A DNA stretch of 59,975 nucleotides, filler included, from 4 parts of 4 records of this genome joined end to end with filler, not necessarily neighbours in it; one strand, 5' to 3'. Positions 31,128 to 41,259 are shown, counted from the first letter of the whole stretch. Notes: generated by a model from the sequence alone, not told the origin. Made by a program: numbers and translations.

Positions 31128-31475
31128 ATGTCAGAAATTGAACGGCTCCACGTGGGCCCGCGGATGAGCCAGATCGTCAAGCATAACGGAACAATCTATC
31201 TGGCGGGACAGGTTGGAAATCCTGAAGGCTCCCCTGCCGAACAGACTAAAGATATCTTGAATAAAATTGATGGTCTTTTGGCCGAAGTCGGCTCTGATAA
31301 AACAAAAATCCTGCAGGCAACCATCTGGCTGTCCTCCATGGATTACTTCGCTGAAATGAATGAAGTTTGGGATGCCTGGGTGGCAAAAGACCAGTCCCCA
31401 GCCCGGGCCTGCGGCGAAGCGGCCCTGGCCACCCCCGATTACAAAGTGGAAATCCTGATCACGGCTGCGGCCTGA
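31128..31475 (+). CDS. RidA-family protein (YoaB-like)
   Basis: RMSQIV, YLAGQV, MNEVWDAWV...PARAC, KVEILITAA. Confidence 0.9.
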   Translation: MSEIERLHVGPRMSQIVKHNGTIYLAGQVGNPEGSPAEQTKDILNKIDGLLAEVGSDKTKILQATIWLSSMDYFAEMNEVWDAWVAKDQSPARACGEAALATPDYKVEILITAAA

Positions 31476-31528
31476 TCACACCCTACCAGTGGGCGCCCTG
31501 CCCACTGGACCTTTTCCCGGTAGTGGGG

Positions 31529-31819
31529 TTAATCGACCCCTTCAACCATCACAATATCGGCAATTCCAGCCTCTTTCCGGTGGCGCTTGGCCGCTTTGTA
31601 TTCCTCAGAATCATAACAATTCAGCGCGGTTACCATATCGGCAAACTCGATGACCACGTTGCGGGCATGACCTTTGCCTTCAACCTGTTTGAAATTACCG
31701 CCCCGCGCCAGAACCTTGGCATTATACTTTTCAAACGCGGCTGTCGCTTTTTCGGCGTATTTAGCGTATTTTTCCTGATCGGTAACGGTCACATGTGCAA
31801 TCCAGTAGGCTTTCGGCAT
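31529..31819 (-). CDS. DUF1330 family protein
   Basis: MPKAYWIA, LARGG...EG...RNVVIEF, YDSEEY, VEG. Confidence 0.88.
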   Translation of the reverse strand: MPKAYWIAHVTVTDQEKYAKYAEKATAAFEKYNAKVLARGGNFKQVEGKGHARNVVIEFADMVTALNCYDSEEYKAAKRHRKEAGIADIVMVEGVD

Positions 31820-31903
31820 TGATCTTCCCCTTCAATCGGTCATCAAACTCCCCGCAATGTGGCATATCCTGCCCCGGGTTCAAGAGAGGATTAAAAAAAT
31901 TTC

Positions 31904-32767
31904 ATGAAACCAACAGCGCAAACGCCCGCCCCCTCAGATGCTTCGCGGCGAAAATCTGTAAAACCCGTCATTTGCTATCCGGCAGATGGCCTGAACGAAA
32001 CCGGACTTGGCTACCGGGCAAAATTGCGCGAAGATCTGGATCATCTGGACACGATCACGGTCCCCCCCCGGGATGCGAAATGTTTTGAAGTCTCTGCCGG
32101 TAACTTTTTTCGGATCACCTGTCCGGATGGACCCCAAGTGGGGGATCTTAATCTGTGGCAGCAACATAATCTGGATGAAAAGTTTTTCAGTGGTAAAACC
32201 CGGGCCCTGCATGGCACCCATGTCGGGGTCGGTGATCGGCTCTGGAGCTCGCTTCCCCATCTTCGGCCCCTTGCCACCGTAACCTGGGATACCCTGGACT
32301 GGTACGGGTTTGATGACTTTGGCGGCGGTGTCCATGATGTGATCGGAACCCGGTGTGATCCCTACACCAACTCACTGCTAACCGGCTCAGAATACCACTA
32401 TTGCTGTCATTCCAACCTGACCCGCGCCCTGATGACTGAGCGAAACCTGTCCCTGGACGTGGCTGAGCGGGCCGTACATGATGTGCTGAACGTGTTCATG
32501 TGCACAGGGTTCACAACAGACACCCACCAATATTTTATGAAGGCCAGTCCAGTTCGCAAAGGCGATTATCTGGAGTTTTTCGCCGAAACAGATTTGCTCG
32601 GCGCTCTGTCCACCTGCCCTGGCGGGGATTGCTCTACGCTGCATTCCAGTGAAGAAGCGGCCTGTTATCCGCTGAATATCGAAATCTATAAAAGCCGTCA
32701 TCTTTTGCCGGAGGATTGGGAACCGGCGCCGGCTTCGTCCTATTCTCGCAATCATGGACTTGGATAA
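31904..32767 (+). CDS. Urea carboxylase-associated family protein (DUF1989)
   Basis: GPQVGDLNLW, HDVIGTRCDPY, CCHSNL, HDVLNVFM, GDYLEFFAE, STCPGGD. Confidence 0.85.
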   Translation: MKPTAQTPAPSDASRRKSVKPVICYPADGLNETGLGYRAKLREDLDHLDTITVPPRDAKCFEVSAGNFFRITCPDGPQVGDLNLWQQHNLDEKFFSGKTRALHGTHVGVGDRLWSSLPHLRPLATVTWDTLDWYGFDDFGGGVHDVIGTRCDPYTNSLLTGSEYHYCCHSNLTRALMTERNLSLDVAERAVHDVLNVFMCTGFTTDTHQYFMKASPVRKGDYLEFFAETDLLGALSTCPGGDCSTLHSSEEAACYPLNIEIYKSRHLLPEDWEPAPASSYSRNHGLG

Positions 32768-32842
32768 TCCTTCAAACCCTTTTTGTTTCGAGATATTAAC
32801 CACTTCCTTTCACAGATTGTTAGGAGGATGGCTTTACACTGA

Positions 32843-32880
32843 TTGACAATTGGCAGTAAATTCTATATTGCACTGCAACA
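32843..32880 (+). promoter_or_regulatory. Sigma70-like promoter overlapped by a palindrome
   Basis: TTGACA-17 nt-TATTGC; TATTGCA-C-TGCAACA near-palindrome at 32866-32880. Confidence 0.5.
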
Positions 32881-32943
32881 TAATTAGGTTTCTCGATTCA
32901 TTTTGTTGAAAAAACCGTAGCTTAACTGTTTGAGTACATAACA

Positions 32944-33585
32944 ATGACTATCAAATCGAAATTACTGGCGCTGATTGCCGGTCTATTTTTCACGCTGTCG
33001 ACGGCTCAAGCCGCGCCTGTCAGCTTCATTGACAATGGCACTTATACAACCGACACCCAAAGCGGTCTGGAATGGTTGGATGTAAATCTCACTGCCGGGC
33101 GTAACTATTTTGATGTCTCCTCCCAGTTGGGATCTGGTGGCGAGTTTGAAGGCTGGCGCTATGCAACAGCCCAGGAATTCATGGCCCTGATTTCCAATTG
33201 GACTGGCGTACCGGTCACAGCCCAACACCAGATCGTCTTTGCTGAGGGTCTACTGGATGGCCTGGTTACCCTACTTGGCCCAACCTCTGGTGGCGTCTTC
33301 GGTGCTGGCTCTAACAACTATTTCATCAAGGGCGCTCTGGCCGATGAAGTTGGCGGTGGGCATCATCAGTCTGCCTTCATCTACGATCTGGATCATGTCT
33401 CTCACGATGCTGATTTCATTTATGCCAATGGCGGTCCTTATTCCGACCATAGCATCGAAGGCAAATATGGTGCCTTTCTGGTTCGCGGCACGACCGTATC
33501 CGCGGTTCCGCTTCCACCGGCAATTCTCATGTTCGGGGCCGCAATCGTTGGCCTTAGCCTGATCAGCCGGAGACGGTTTAAATAA
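32944..33585 (+). CDS. VPLPA-CTERM (PEP-CTERM-type) exosortase target surface protein
   Basis: Signal peptide; DTQSGLEWLD domain; C-terminal AVPLPPA + TM + RRRFK. Confidence 0.88.
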   Translation: MTIKSKLLALIAGLFFTLSTAQAAPVSFIDNGTYTTDTQSGLEWLDVNLTAGRNYFDVSSQLGSGGEFEGWRYATAQEFMALISNWTGVPVTAQHQIVFAEGLLDGLVTLLGPTSGGVFGAGSNNYFIKGALADEVGGGHHQSAFIYDLDHVSHDADFIYANGGPYSDHSIEGKYGAFLVRGTTVSAVPLPPAILMFGAAIVGLSLISRRRFK

Positions 33586-33614
33586 ACCGCTGCAGCATCA
33601 TCATACCTGTATTT

Positions 33615-33648
33615 TAGAAAAGCCCGGGAAGTAATTTCCGGGTTTTTC
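33615..33648. terminator. Intrinsic terminator
   Basis: AGAAAAGCCCGGGAA-GTAA-TTTCCGGGTTTTTCT. Confidence 0.7.
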
Positions 33649-33752
33649 TCGTATTTGATTTTGCTAAAGAATTTTTTAACCACCACCCCTTATAGTTAAT
33701 TACAAGTCCTTAATTTAAAGGAGTCCTGTACGTAGTTACGGGGGGATAAGGT

Positions 33753-36092
33753 GTGAAAAATATGTTTAGTAAAATTAAGGCTCTGTTCCGCAAAAAAACA
33801 AAACAGAGCGACAAAACCAAACAAACCTATAGCAAATATGGGATTGGTTATCGGTTGATTGCGGCCTTCTCTGTCGTAACAGCCCTTACGATCATCATTT
33901 CCGGCCTGGGCTGGTTCAGCATCGACGTTCTGACTAATGCCCAACATAAAACGGCCGAACAGGATATTCCGGCCATTACCCAGGCCCTGAAGCTGGCAAA
34001 TGACGCCTCAGAGATTTCGGCCCTGGCGCCGCAACTCGGGCTCTCCAACACAGCGGAAGAGCGTGAGGAAAGCCTGAGCCGATTGAACGCCTCTATTAAA
34101 CGCGCCCAGAATCGTCTTGAAGACCTGAAAAAATATATCACTGATGTTGATGATCTGACCTATATTTCACAGGATCTGGCGTCTCTGGCCCCTATGGTCA
34201 ATACCTTGGACATGAACGTATCTGACCGCCTGCGGTACGCCGCCTTACGTCAGGGGCGTTTGAAACAATTACAGGAATTTCGCACCATTTTGGATAGCGG
34301 CATCAGTTCCTTGCTGATCCCGATCCGTCTGCAAATGTTCGACACTTCCGACATGTGGATTGAGACCCTTGAGAAAAGCATTGAAACAGCGCTTGAGGGA
34401 AATACACCTGAATATGACGTGGATCCTCTGACCCAAAGCATGACAGATGCCATGGCCGGCCAGGAAGCGGTCTTTCGGGTTCAGTCTTCTGGCTTCCTGC
34501 TTGTCAGTCTGCTGGCAGAGGGGGCGCTTGCCGAAACAACCGAGGATGTTGATACGCTCTCCGCCGCCTTCCTCTCCTCCATCTCGGCAATGGCAACACC
34601 GCTTTCCAAAATCAATGCCGGAGAGACAGCCAAATTTGCCGCAAAATTTGAAGATCTCTTTCAAAATATGCTTCAAATTGGCACCAAAGGTACCGAAGAC
34701 GAAGTTATCTTCCAAATTCGCAGGAATGAGCTGGATGCCATCGCCAACACTGCCGATGCCATGATGCAAACCCGGGCACTGGCAGAAAACCTTTCCATGG
34801 ATGTAAACAGTTTCGTCAATTCTGTTGAGGCTGATGTGAATGCCGCCACTGCCAAAAACGACGAACTGGCAGCCCAGACCAAGATGTCTCTGTTAATCGC
34901 AGCGGCTGTTGCCCTAATCATTGCGATTGCCATTGGATGGCTCTATATCGCCCGCAATATCGTCCGCCGTCTGTTGATGATGGTGGAAAGTGCGCGCAAA
35001 CTCTCTGACGGAGATCTGGAGGCCAGCATTTTCCGCGAAGGCAATGATGAGATTGCCCGTCTGGGTCATGCGATCGTTGGCTTTAGAAACAATGCCCGGG
35101 AGGCCAAAGCCGCCCGCGAGCAGGAAGAGGAAGCCCGCATTCGCCGTGAGAAAGAGAAAGAGGAAACCCGACTGGCCCAGGAAGAACGTGAACGCCAGTC
35201 TCAGGAAGAAAAAGAACGCGTTGCTCAAGAAGCTGAAGAAGAAAAACGCGCCGAGATGAACCGTCTTGCAAATGAATTTGAAGGCAGTATCAAGCATCTG
35301 GTCGAAAGCTTCTCGCAAGCCACAGCTGTCATGACCGATATTTCCGGATCCATGACCGACAGCGCCGGACACACCACGTCCCTGACGCAAAATGTGGCAA
35401 ATGCGTCGCAACTCTCCTCCAACAGCATTAATTCGGTGGCCTCTGCCGCAGAAGAGCTGTCATCCTCCATCGCCGAAATCAGCCAACAGGTTGGTCAGGC
35501 TGCAAATGTCGCCGGTGAAGCGGTGTCAGAGGCAGACCGCTCCAACATCATGATCACCGGCCTCAACGAAGCTGCCGCCAAGATCGGTGACGTGGTTGAG
35601 CTGATCAGTGACATTGCCGAGCAGACAAATCTTCTGGCGCTCAACGCGACCATTGAGGCCGCGCGTGCCGGAGATGCTGGCAAAGGCTTTGCCGTTGTGG
35701 CAAGTGAGGTGAAAAACCTGGCAACCCAGACCGCCAAGGCAACCGAAGAGATCACTAACCAGATCAAATCCGTCCAGACGGAAACCGGCAACGCGGTCTC
35801 CGCCATTGGCAGCATCAGCACCACCATTGGCCGCATCAGCGAGATTAACACCACAATCTCCGCAGCGGTTGAGGAACAGGGCGCTGCCACCACCGAAATT
35901 AGCCGCAGCGTCCAGCAGGCCGCAACCAGCGCCAACGAGGTGACGGAAAATATCAATACGGTGAACGAAAACGCCAGCAAGACAGGCCTCTCTGCCTCCG
36001 AAGTGCAGGAAGTGGCCAAAAAACTTGCCAGCGAAGCCGGCAACCTGCAGGGCGAAGTCGATCGCTTCCTGCAACAGGTCCGTACCGGCTAA
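33753..36092 (+). CDS. Methyl-accepting chemotaxis protein
   Basis: Two TMs, large periplasmic domain, HAMP (GNDEIARL), tip [37 protein letters not shown]. Confidence 0.95.
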   Translation: MKNMFSKIKALFRKKTKQSDKTKQTYSKYGIGYRLIAAFSVVTALTIIISGLGWFSIDVLTNAQHKTAEQDIPAITQALKLANDASEISALAPQLGLSNTAEEREESLSRLNASIKRAQNRLEDLKKYITDVDDLTYISQDLASLAPMVNTLDMNVSDRLRYAALRQGRLKQLQEFRTILDSGISSLLIPIRLQMFDTSDMWIETLEKSIETALEGNTPEYDVDPLTQSMTDAMAGQEAVFRVQSSGFLLVSLLAEGALAETTEDVDTLSAAFLSSISAMATPLSKINAGETAKFAAKFEDLFQNMLQIGTKGTEDEVIFQIRRNELDAIANTADAMMQTRALAENLSMDVNSFVNSVEADVNAATAKNDELAAQTKMSLLIAAAVALIIAIAIGWLYIARNIVRRLLMMVESARKLSDGDLEASIFREGNDEIARLGHAIVGFRNNAREAKAAREQEEEARIRREKEKEETRLAQEERERQSQEEKERVAQEAEEEKRAEMNRLANEFEGSIKHLVESFSQATAVMTDISGSMTDSAGHTTSLTQNVANASQLSSNSINSVASAAEELSSSIAEISQQVGQAANVAGEAVSEADRSNIMITGLNEAAAKIGDVVELISDIAEQTNLLALNATIEAARAGDAGKGFAVVASEVKNLATQTAKATEEITNQIKSVQTETGNAVSAIGSISTTIGRISEINTTISAAVEEQGAATTEISRSVQQAATSANEVTENINTVNENASKTGLSASEVQEVAKKLASEAGNLQGEVDRFLQQVRTG

Positions 36093-36113
36093 CAAACACT
36101 CACCGACCCAACC

Positions 36114-36141
36114 AAAAACCCCGCTTTTTAGCGGGGTTTTT
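36114..36141. terminator. Bidirectional intrinsic terminator
   Basis: AAAAACCCCGCT-TTTT-AGCGGGGTTTTT. Confidence 0.85.
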
Positions 36142-36220
36142 CTTGGTATTTTTTAGCTCAATCCGTCTTTCAAAACACGCCTACCAAACGGATGAGCCAT
36201 TTTTTTTCAGAGAAACACAA

Positions 36221-36895
36221 TCAGAATAATCCCAACATCTCCCTCTCGCCCTGATCGGAAAATTTGATGATGCGGGTGCCGTCGATGCGGGTGGCCCAGC
36301 CAAGTGCGTAAAACCGCTCCAGCAGGGCAGATCCTAAACTGCCGGCAAGATGGGTGCGCCGCTCGCTCCAGTCGAGGCAGGAAAGACAGATCGGACGCCG
36401 GGCCGCTTGTAGCGCCGAAAGATCAATGCCGAATTTATCAAGCTCATGGGTGCCCGCCCCAGTGATCAACAGGTCCTGTCCCCGTTCCGCCAGCAAGCCC
36501 TTTGTCACCAGCTCGTCATACAGTCGAACCCCCAAATCCCCGGCCAGGTGGTTATAGCAAATCCGCGCTTTTCTAAGTTCCGGATCGCGCGGGCCCGTCC
36601 GGGTGCGAAGAAGCCCCCGCTTGGCTGCAAGGCCCATAAGTGCCTCCAGCGCCTGCCCCACATCCTCATCGGCAAGCGCGAAATATTTATGGCGACCCTG
36701 CTTGCGGGTCACGATCAGGTCCGCTCCTTCCAGCTTTTTAAGATGGGTGCTTGCCGTCTGCGGAGTAATCCCGGCTTCCCCTGCCAGTTCCGTCGCCGTC
36801 AATGCCTTGCCCGACAGCAAAGCCGTCAGCATGTTGGCGCGGGCAGGTTCTCCAATGAGGGAGGCCACAAGGGCGATATCTGGTCCTTCTTTCAT
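36221..36895 (-). CDS. ArsR/SmtB family regulator with Cys/His-bearing C-terminal domain
   Basis: IGEPARANML, TASTHLKKL, QGRHKYF; CYNHLAG and CLSCLDWSERRTHLAG. Confidence 0.9.
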   Translation of the reverse strand: MKEGPDIALVASLIGEPARANMLTALLSGKALTATELAGEAGITPQTASTHLKKLEGADLIVTRKQGRHKYFALADEDVGQALEALMGLAAKRGLLRTRTGPRDPELRKARICYNHLAGDLGVRLYDELVTKGLLAERGQDLLITGAGTHELDKFGIDLSALQAARRPICLSCLDWSERRTHLAGSLGSALLERFYALGWATRIDGTRIIKFSDQGEREMLGLF

Positions 36896-36969
36896 AGTTC
36901 GACTGTAATCGAAACATCGGCGCGTGACAAGCCGCTATGCTCGGCCCACATTTGTTCAAGGAGAGAGTT

Positions 36970-37284
36970 ATGCTAACCTGTTTTATCCGTTACCAGATTG
37001 ACCCCACCAAAAAAGCCGCGTTTGAGCAATATGCCCGAAACTGGGCCGTTGCCATCCCCCGAAATGGCGCTGACCTGGTGGGCTATTTTGCCCCCCATGA
37101 GGGATCGACGACCTTGGCCTATGGGGTTTATCATATTGAAAATCTCGCCGCGTATGAGCACTATCGAATGCGTCTGGCGGCGGATCCGCTGGGCCGGGAG
37201 AATTACGAATTTGCGATGCGCGAAAAATTTATCCTGAAAGAGGATCGGACCTTCCTCAAAAACGCGTCCCTGATAACGGAGTGA
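36970..37284 (+). CDS. NIPSNAP family protein
   Basis: TCFIRYQIDP, GYFAPHEG, LAAYEHYR, EDRTFL; GGAG RBS. Confidence 0.88.
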   Translation: MLTCFIRYQIDPTKKAAFEQYARNWAVAIPRNGADLVGYFAPHEGSTTLAYGVYHIENLAAYEHYRMRLAADPLGRENYEFAMREKFILKEDRTFLKNASLITE

Positions 37285-37288
37285 GCTG

Positions 37289-37633
37289 ATGATCGCCATT
37301 ATATTTGAAGTCGAACCCGCCGAGGGCAAACGGGAGGCTTATCTGGACATTGCCGCCAGCTTAAAAGCGCACTTAAGTGAAATTGACGGATTTATCTCTG
37401 TCGAGCGCTTTCAGAGCCTGACAAATCCGGACAAGATGCTTTCCCTGTCCTTTTTTGAGACGGAAGAGGCGGTTAAGGACTGGCGAAATCTGGAGGTTCA
37501 CCGAAAGGCCCAAGCCGCAGGTCGCAGCGGCATCTTCAAGGATTATCGCTTGCGTGTCACCTCCGTAATCCGCGACTACGGACTAACAGAACGGGACCAA
37601 GCCCCCGATGACAGCCGATCTGCACATGCCTGA
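37289..37633 (+). CDS. Antibiotic biosynthesis monooxygenase (ABM) family protein
   Basis: MIAIIFEV, GFISVERFQSL, LSLSFF, HRKAQAAGR, YRLRV, RDYG. Confidence 0.9.
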   Translation: MIAIIFEVEPAEGKREAYLDIAASLKAHLSEIDGFISVERFQSLTNPDKMLSLSFFETEEAVKDWRNLEVHRKAQAAGRSGIFKDYRLRVTSVIRDYGLTERDQAPDDSRSAHA

Positions 37634-37636
37634 GGC

Positions 37637-38434
37637 TTAATCCAGATAGCGATATCCATGGTCATATTTCAGGTTTTCACGAATGGTTTTTTTGAAAAAT
37701 TCCATATCTTCAGGGCTGTACCATTCCATAGGATCGCGTTTGTCAAAGCGGACAAATTTTTCAGTGTCCGCTTTGGCCGCCATTTTCTCCCGGCTGCCTT
37801 CTGAGACGGCAAATTCCAGGCTTTCCTCTGGCATATCAATGCCGAAATGGGTGAATATCCTGCCCATCTGCTCTTTTGCATCCGTCTTCAGGTCTTCATA
37901 ATATAGGATGATGCTTTTGTCGGGAAAACGCTCGATCGTCCGGCCCCAGCGGTTATAAAACCGCATATGCCACCAGATATCCGCCCAATGGTTATGGCCG
38001 TTTTTATCCCCACGCAAAAACTCGCTAAAAGACATCTGCAGGGTCTCTCCCTGCCATTTCTCATAATAGGAGACCAGCGCATGGCGAATATCGCGAAACA
38101 GAATCGCTGATGGCGGCACCTGCAAAACGGATCTGACAATCCGGCTATCATATAACCGGTGCGGGATCTGATGGGTGCTCGCGATGCGCGGGGTATCCGG
38201 ATAAAGCGGGGTGTGTTTCGGGTGGCCGATAAAATCGTTACTCTTGGCATTATCCGTATGTTGCGGGGTCGGATGGCCATGCTTATGGGCAATCGCACAG
38301 CTCAGCATATATTTCAGCCAATGGGTTCCCGAATGTTGCCCGGTCACCAAATAGCCCTGAAAATCTCGGTATTTCAGGATGGAAAAATTGGAAATATCCC
38401 GCCTGAACGCATGAAATCTGTAAACTGTATCCAT
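37637..38434 (-). CDS. Sulfotransferase-domain protein
   Basis: 5'-PSB-like LVTGQHSGTHWL, 3'-PB-like RDIRHALVSYY, LYYEDLK. Confidence 0.78.
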   Translation of the reverse strand: MDTVYRFHAFRRDISNFSILKYRDFQGYLVTGQHSGTHWLKYMLSCAIAHKHGHPTPQHTDNAKSNDFIGHPKHTPLYPDTPRIASTHQIPHRLYDSRIVRSVLQVPPSAILFRDIRHALVSYYEKWQGETLQMSFSEFLRGDKNGHNHWADIWWHMRFYNRWGRTIERFPDKSIILYYEDLKTDAKEQMGRIFTHFGIDMPEESLEFAVSEGSREKMAAKADTEKFVRFDKRDPMEWYSPEDMEFFKKTIRENLKYDHGYRYLD

Positions 38435-38559
38435 ACTGCCTCTGCCTGAGGGTTGCCGCCTGCCGACCCGTTATCCGCAGACATTTCTGATATAAACGGC
38501 TCTTTTACACGGAAATGGCAGCAATGAACACCGGTTAATCAGCTTTGCAAACTGAGGCT

Positions 38560-39039
38560 TTAGACTGGCGTCTTATCGATAGCGCCCGTATGCAGAACCG
38601 GCGCAGCATCAATGTCGGAGGCGCCCATCATGCTGGCCACCCGGCCCATGGTCGCGGCAATCATTCCCTGCTCCCAGTCTTCAAGCTCTTCAAATTTCGT
38701 AGAGAATCGATCCTGCAACGCTGGCGGCGCCTGAGATAACAGCTCTTCTCCCGTCTGGGTCAGCACCACATAAACTTTGCGCTTGTCCGAAAACCCTCTC
38801 TCGCGGGTGACAAGCCCCCGGTTTTCCAGGCGGTCGATAAGGGTACTGACCGTTGCCTGGGACAGGTTCACCTCTTTGGCAATACCACCCGCCGTCATTT
38901 CCTCACCGGATTTCAACGCCTGCATCGCCAAGAGCTGTGATGTGGATAACCCCGTCTCCCGAGCCAACCCCCGACCACTAAGGTCTGTTGCCCGCATAAT
39001 CTGACGGAGAGCGACAAGTGTTTCTTCCAGTCGGTCCAT
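38560..39039 (-). CDS. ectR: MarR-family ectoine operon regulator (EctR/CosR-like)
   Basis: LRQIMRATDL, LSQATV..LIDRLE.RGLV.RER...DKRKV, DAAPVL; divergent from ectA. Confidence 0.85.
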   Translation of the reverse strand: MDRLEETLVALRQIMRATDLSGRGLARETGLSTSQLLAMQALKSGEEMTAGGIAKEVNLSQATVSTLIDRLENRGLVTRERGFSDKRKVYVVLTQTGEELLSQAPPALQDRFSTKFEELEDWEQGMIAATMGRVASMMGASDIDAAPVLHTGAIDKTPV

Positions 39040-39259
39040 CTCGCAAACTTCCCTGTAAATTCTTCATTTCCAAGCCAATACCCCACAAATACAGCCAAAT
39101 TCTGCGGTCTTCAACTTGTTTCAAAAGTCGAAAAATTTAAATATCTAAAATTTTGTCTATCAAAGTAATATTATTTTAACATTCCACCAATAACTTCCGT
39201 TTTCCAGGGTTTTTGTGCCTATTTTTCAGATTACTGCTCAAATTTTTGCCAAATACCCC

Positions 39260-39288
39260 TTGTAATTTATTTCGACAACCAATATGTT
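39260..39288 (+). promoter_or_regulatory. Putative sigma70 promoter of ectABCD-ask
   Basis: TTGTAA-17 nt-TATGTT upstream of ectA. Confidence 0.5.
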
Positions 39289-39366
39289 TCGACCGAACTT
39301 GAACGTAAATCAAGAGGAATTGTCCCAACAATTTCGATATTCGAAGGAAAATGGGCAATTAAAATT

Positions 39367-39921
39367 ATGCGGACACTAAATACCGGGACGTCAGGACCTG
39401 CTTCTGACCCCTTTGTCATCGATACACCATCATCTACTGACGGATGTGTCGTGAACGATCTTATTTCGAACTGTCAGCCCCTGGATGAGAATTCGGTTTA
39501 CTGCAACCTGTTGCAGTGCACACATTTCTCCAGCACCTCTGCTATCGCTAAATCAGAGTCGGGCATCTACGGTTTTGTTTCAGGGTACATTGTGCCTGAA
39601 GCACCTCATCGGCTTTTCGTCTGGCAGGTTGCTGTCAGTGAGGCGGCCCGGGGCCATGGTCTTGCCAAACGGATGATCCTGGACATTCTGTCCCGTCCGG
39701 TTTGTGAAGACGTGACCGAATTGCACACCACAATCACACCAAGCAACTCAGCCTCCCAGGCGCTTTTCAGCTCTGTCGCCGATAGTCTGGACACCAAAGC
39801 TGAATCCAAGCTTGCATTCGATCGGAACCGTCATCTGGACGGCGCCCATGAAAGCGAACATCTGTGGATTATCGGACCGTTCGACGGCCCTGCAGAGGAC
39901 CTGGTGAAGAAAGCCGCATAA
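39367..39921 (+). CDS. ectA: L-2,4-diaminobutyrate acetyltransferase
   Basis: PLDENSVYCNLLQC, LFVWQVAV, TTITPSNSAS. Confidence 0.95.
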   Translation: MRTLNTGTSGPASDPFVIDTPSSTDGCVVNDLISNCQPLDENSVYCNLLQCTHFSSTSAIAKSESGIYGFVSGYIVPEAPHRLFVWQVAVSEAARGHGLAKRMILDILSRPVCEDVTELHTTITPSNSASQALFSSVADSLDTKAESKLAFDRNRHLDGAHESEHLWIIGPFDGPAEDLVKKAA

Positions 39922-39984
39922 TCATCGCGGCTGCTGAAGCTTTCATCGACCAAATTTTAAAAATTTAAACTGGAATGTGAGATT

Positions 39985-41259
39985 ATGTCTATTTTTGACA
40001 AAAGAGAATCTGAAGTCCAGAGCTATGCACGCTCTTTCCCTGTGGAATTTACACGGGCAGAAGGACCTTACCTGATCACCGCCGACGAGAAACCTTATAT
40101 TGATTTCCTCGCGGGTGCAGGCAGCCTGAATTATGGCCATAACAACCCGATCCTGCAGGAAGCCCTGCTGGATTATATCAAATCCAATGGCATTACCCAT
40201 GGCCTGGATATGCATACCAGCGCCAAGCGGGAATTCCTGGAGAATTTTGATAAATACATCCTGACCCCACGCGGCATGGATTATCGGGTTCAATTCACCG
40301 GACCAACTGGTGCCAATGCGGTTGAAGCCGCAATGAAACTGGCCCGTAAAGTCAAGGGCCGGGAAAACATCATCTGTTTCACCAATGGCTTTCACGGTGT
40401 GACACTGGGCGCCCTTGCGGCAACTGGTAATGGTCACCATCGCGGCGCTGCGGGCGTAACGCTTGGCGGCACAACACGGGTTCCCTTCGATGGCTATCTT
40501 GGCGATAGCATCGACACAACAGAATATCTGGACAAACTTTTGTCTGATGGCAGCAGCGGCGTCGACCTGCCGGCAGCCGTCATTGTTGAAGCCATTCAGG
40601 GTGAAGGCGGTCTGAATGCCGCCCGCATCGAATGGCTGCAAAATCTGGAAGCTGTCTGCCGCAAGCATGACATCCTGTTGATCCTGGATGATATTCAGGC
40701 CGGCTGCGGTCGAAGCGGTACTTTCTTCAGCTTTGAAGATGCTGGCATCAAGCCGGATATGATTACCTTATCCAAATCCCTGTCCGGGTATGGATTGCCA
40801 TTTGCCATCACCCTGTTCCACCCGGAACTGGATCAGTGGAAACCGGGTGAGCATAACGGCACATTCCGTGGCAACAACCATGCGTTTGTCACGGCGGCCA
40901 CGGCGCTTGAAGCTTTTTGGTCAAACGACGAATTTATCGAGCAGGTCAATGAAAATGCCCGCCTGCTGCACCACCGTCTTCTGGAAATGACCCTGAAGTA
41001 TGGCAAAGGCAGCATCACCGGTCGCGGTCGCGGCATGATGCAGGGTCTGGCGTTTAAAGACGGGGAAATTGCAGGCAAGATCTGCGCCCATTGCTTTAAA
41101 AATGGTTTGATTATTGAAACCAGCGGGGCCGATGACGAAGTCGTCAAATGTCTGGCTCCGCTCAATATCCCGGCCGAGGTTTTGAACCAGGGTCTGGATA
41201 TTCTGGAAGAAGCTGTTGCCCTTGAGATCCCGGCCTCTCGCGCACGTGCCGCTGAGTGA
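39985..41259 (+). CDS. ectB: Diaminobutyrate-2-oxoglutarate transaminase
   Basis: [49 protein letters not shown]. Confidence 0.97.
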   Translation: MSIFDKRESEVQSYARSFPVEFTRAEGPYLITADEKPYIDFLAGAGSLNYGHNNPILQEALLDYIKSNGITHGLDMHTSAKREFLENFDKYILTPRGMDYRVQFTGPTGANAVEAAMKLARKVKGRENIICFTNGFHGVTLGALAATGNGHHRGAAGVTLGGTTRVPFDGYLGDSIDTTEYLDKLLSDGSSGVDLPAAVIVEAIQGEGGLNAARIEWLQNLEAVCRKHDILLILDDIQAGCGRSGTFFSFEDAGIKPDMITLSKSLSGYGLPFAITLFHPELDQWKPGEHNGTFRGNNHAFVTAATALEAFWSNDEFIEQVNENARLLHHRLLEMTLKYGKGSITGRGRGMMQGLAFKDGEIAGKICAHCFKNGLIIETSGADDEVVKCLAPLNIPAEVLNQGLDILEEAVALEIPASRARAAE

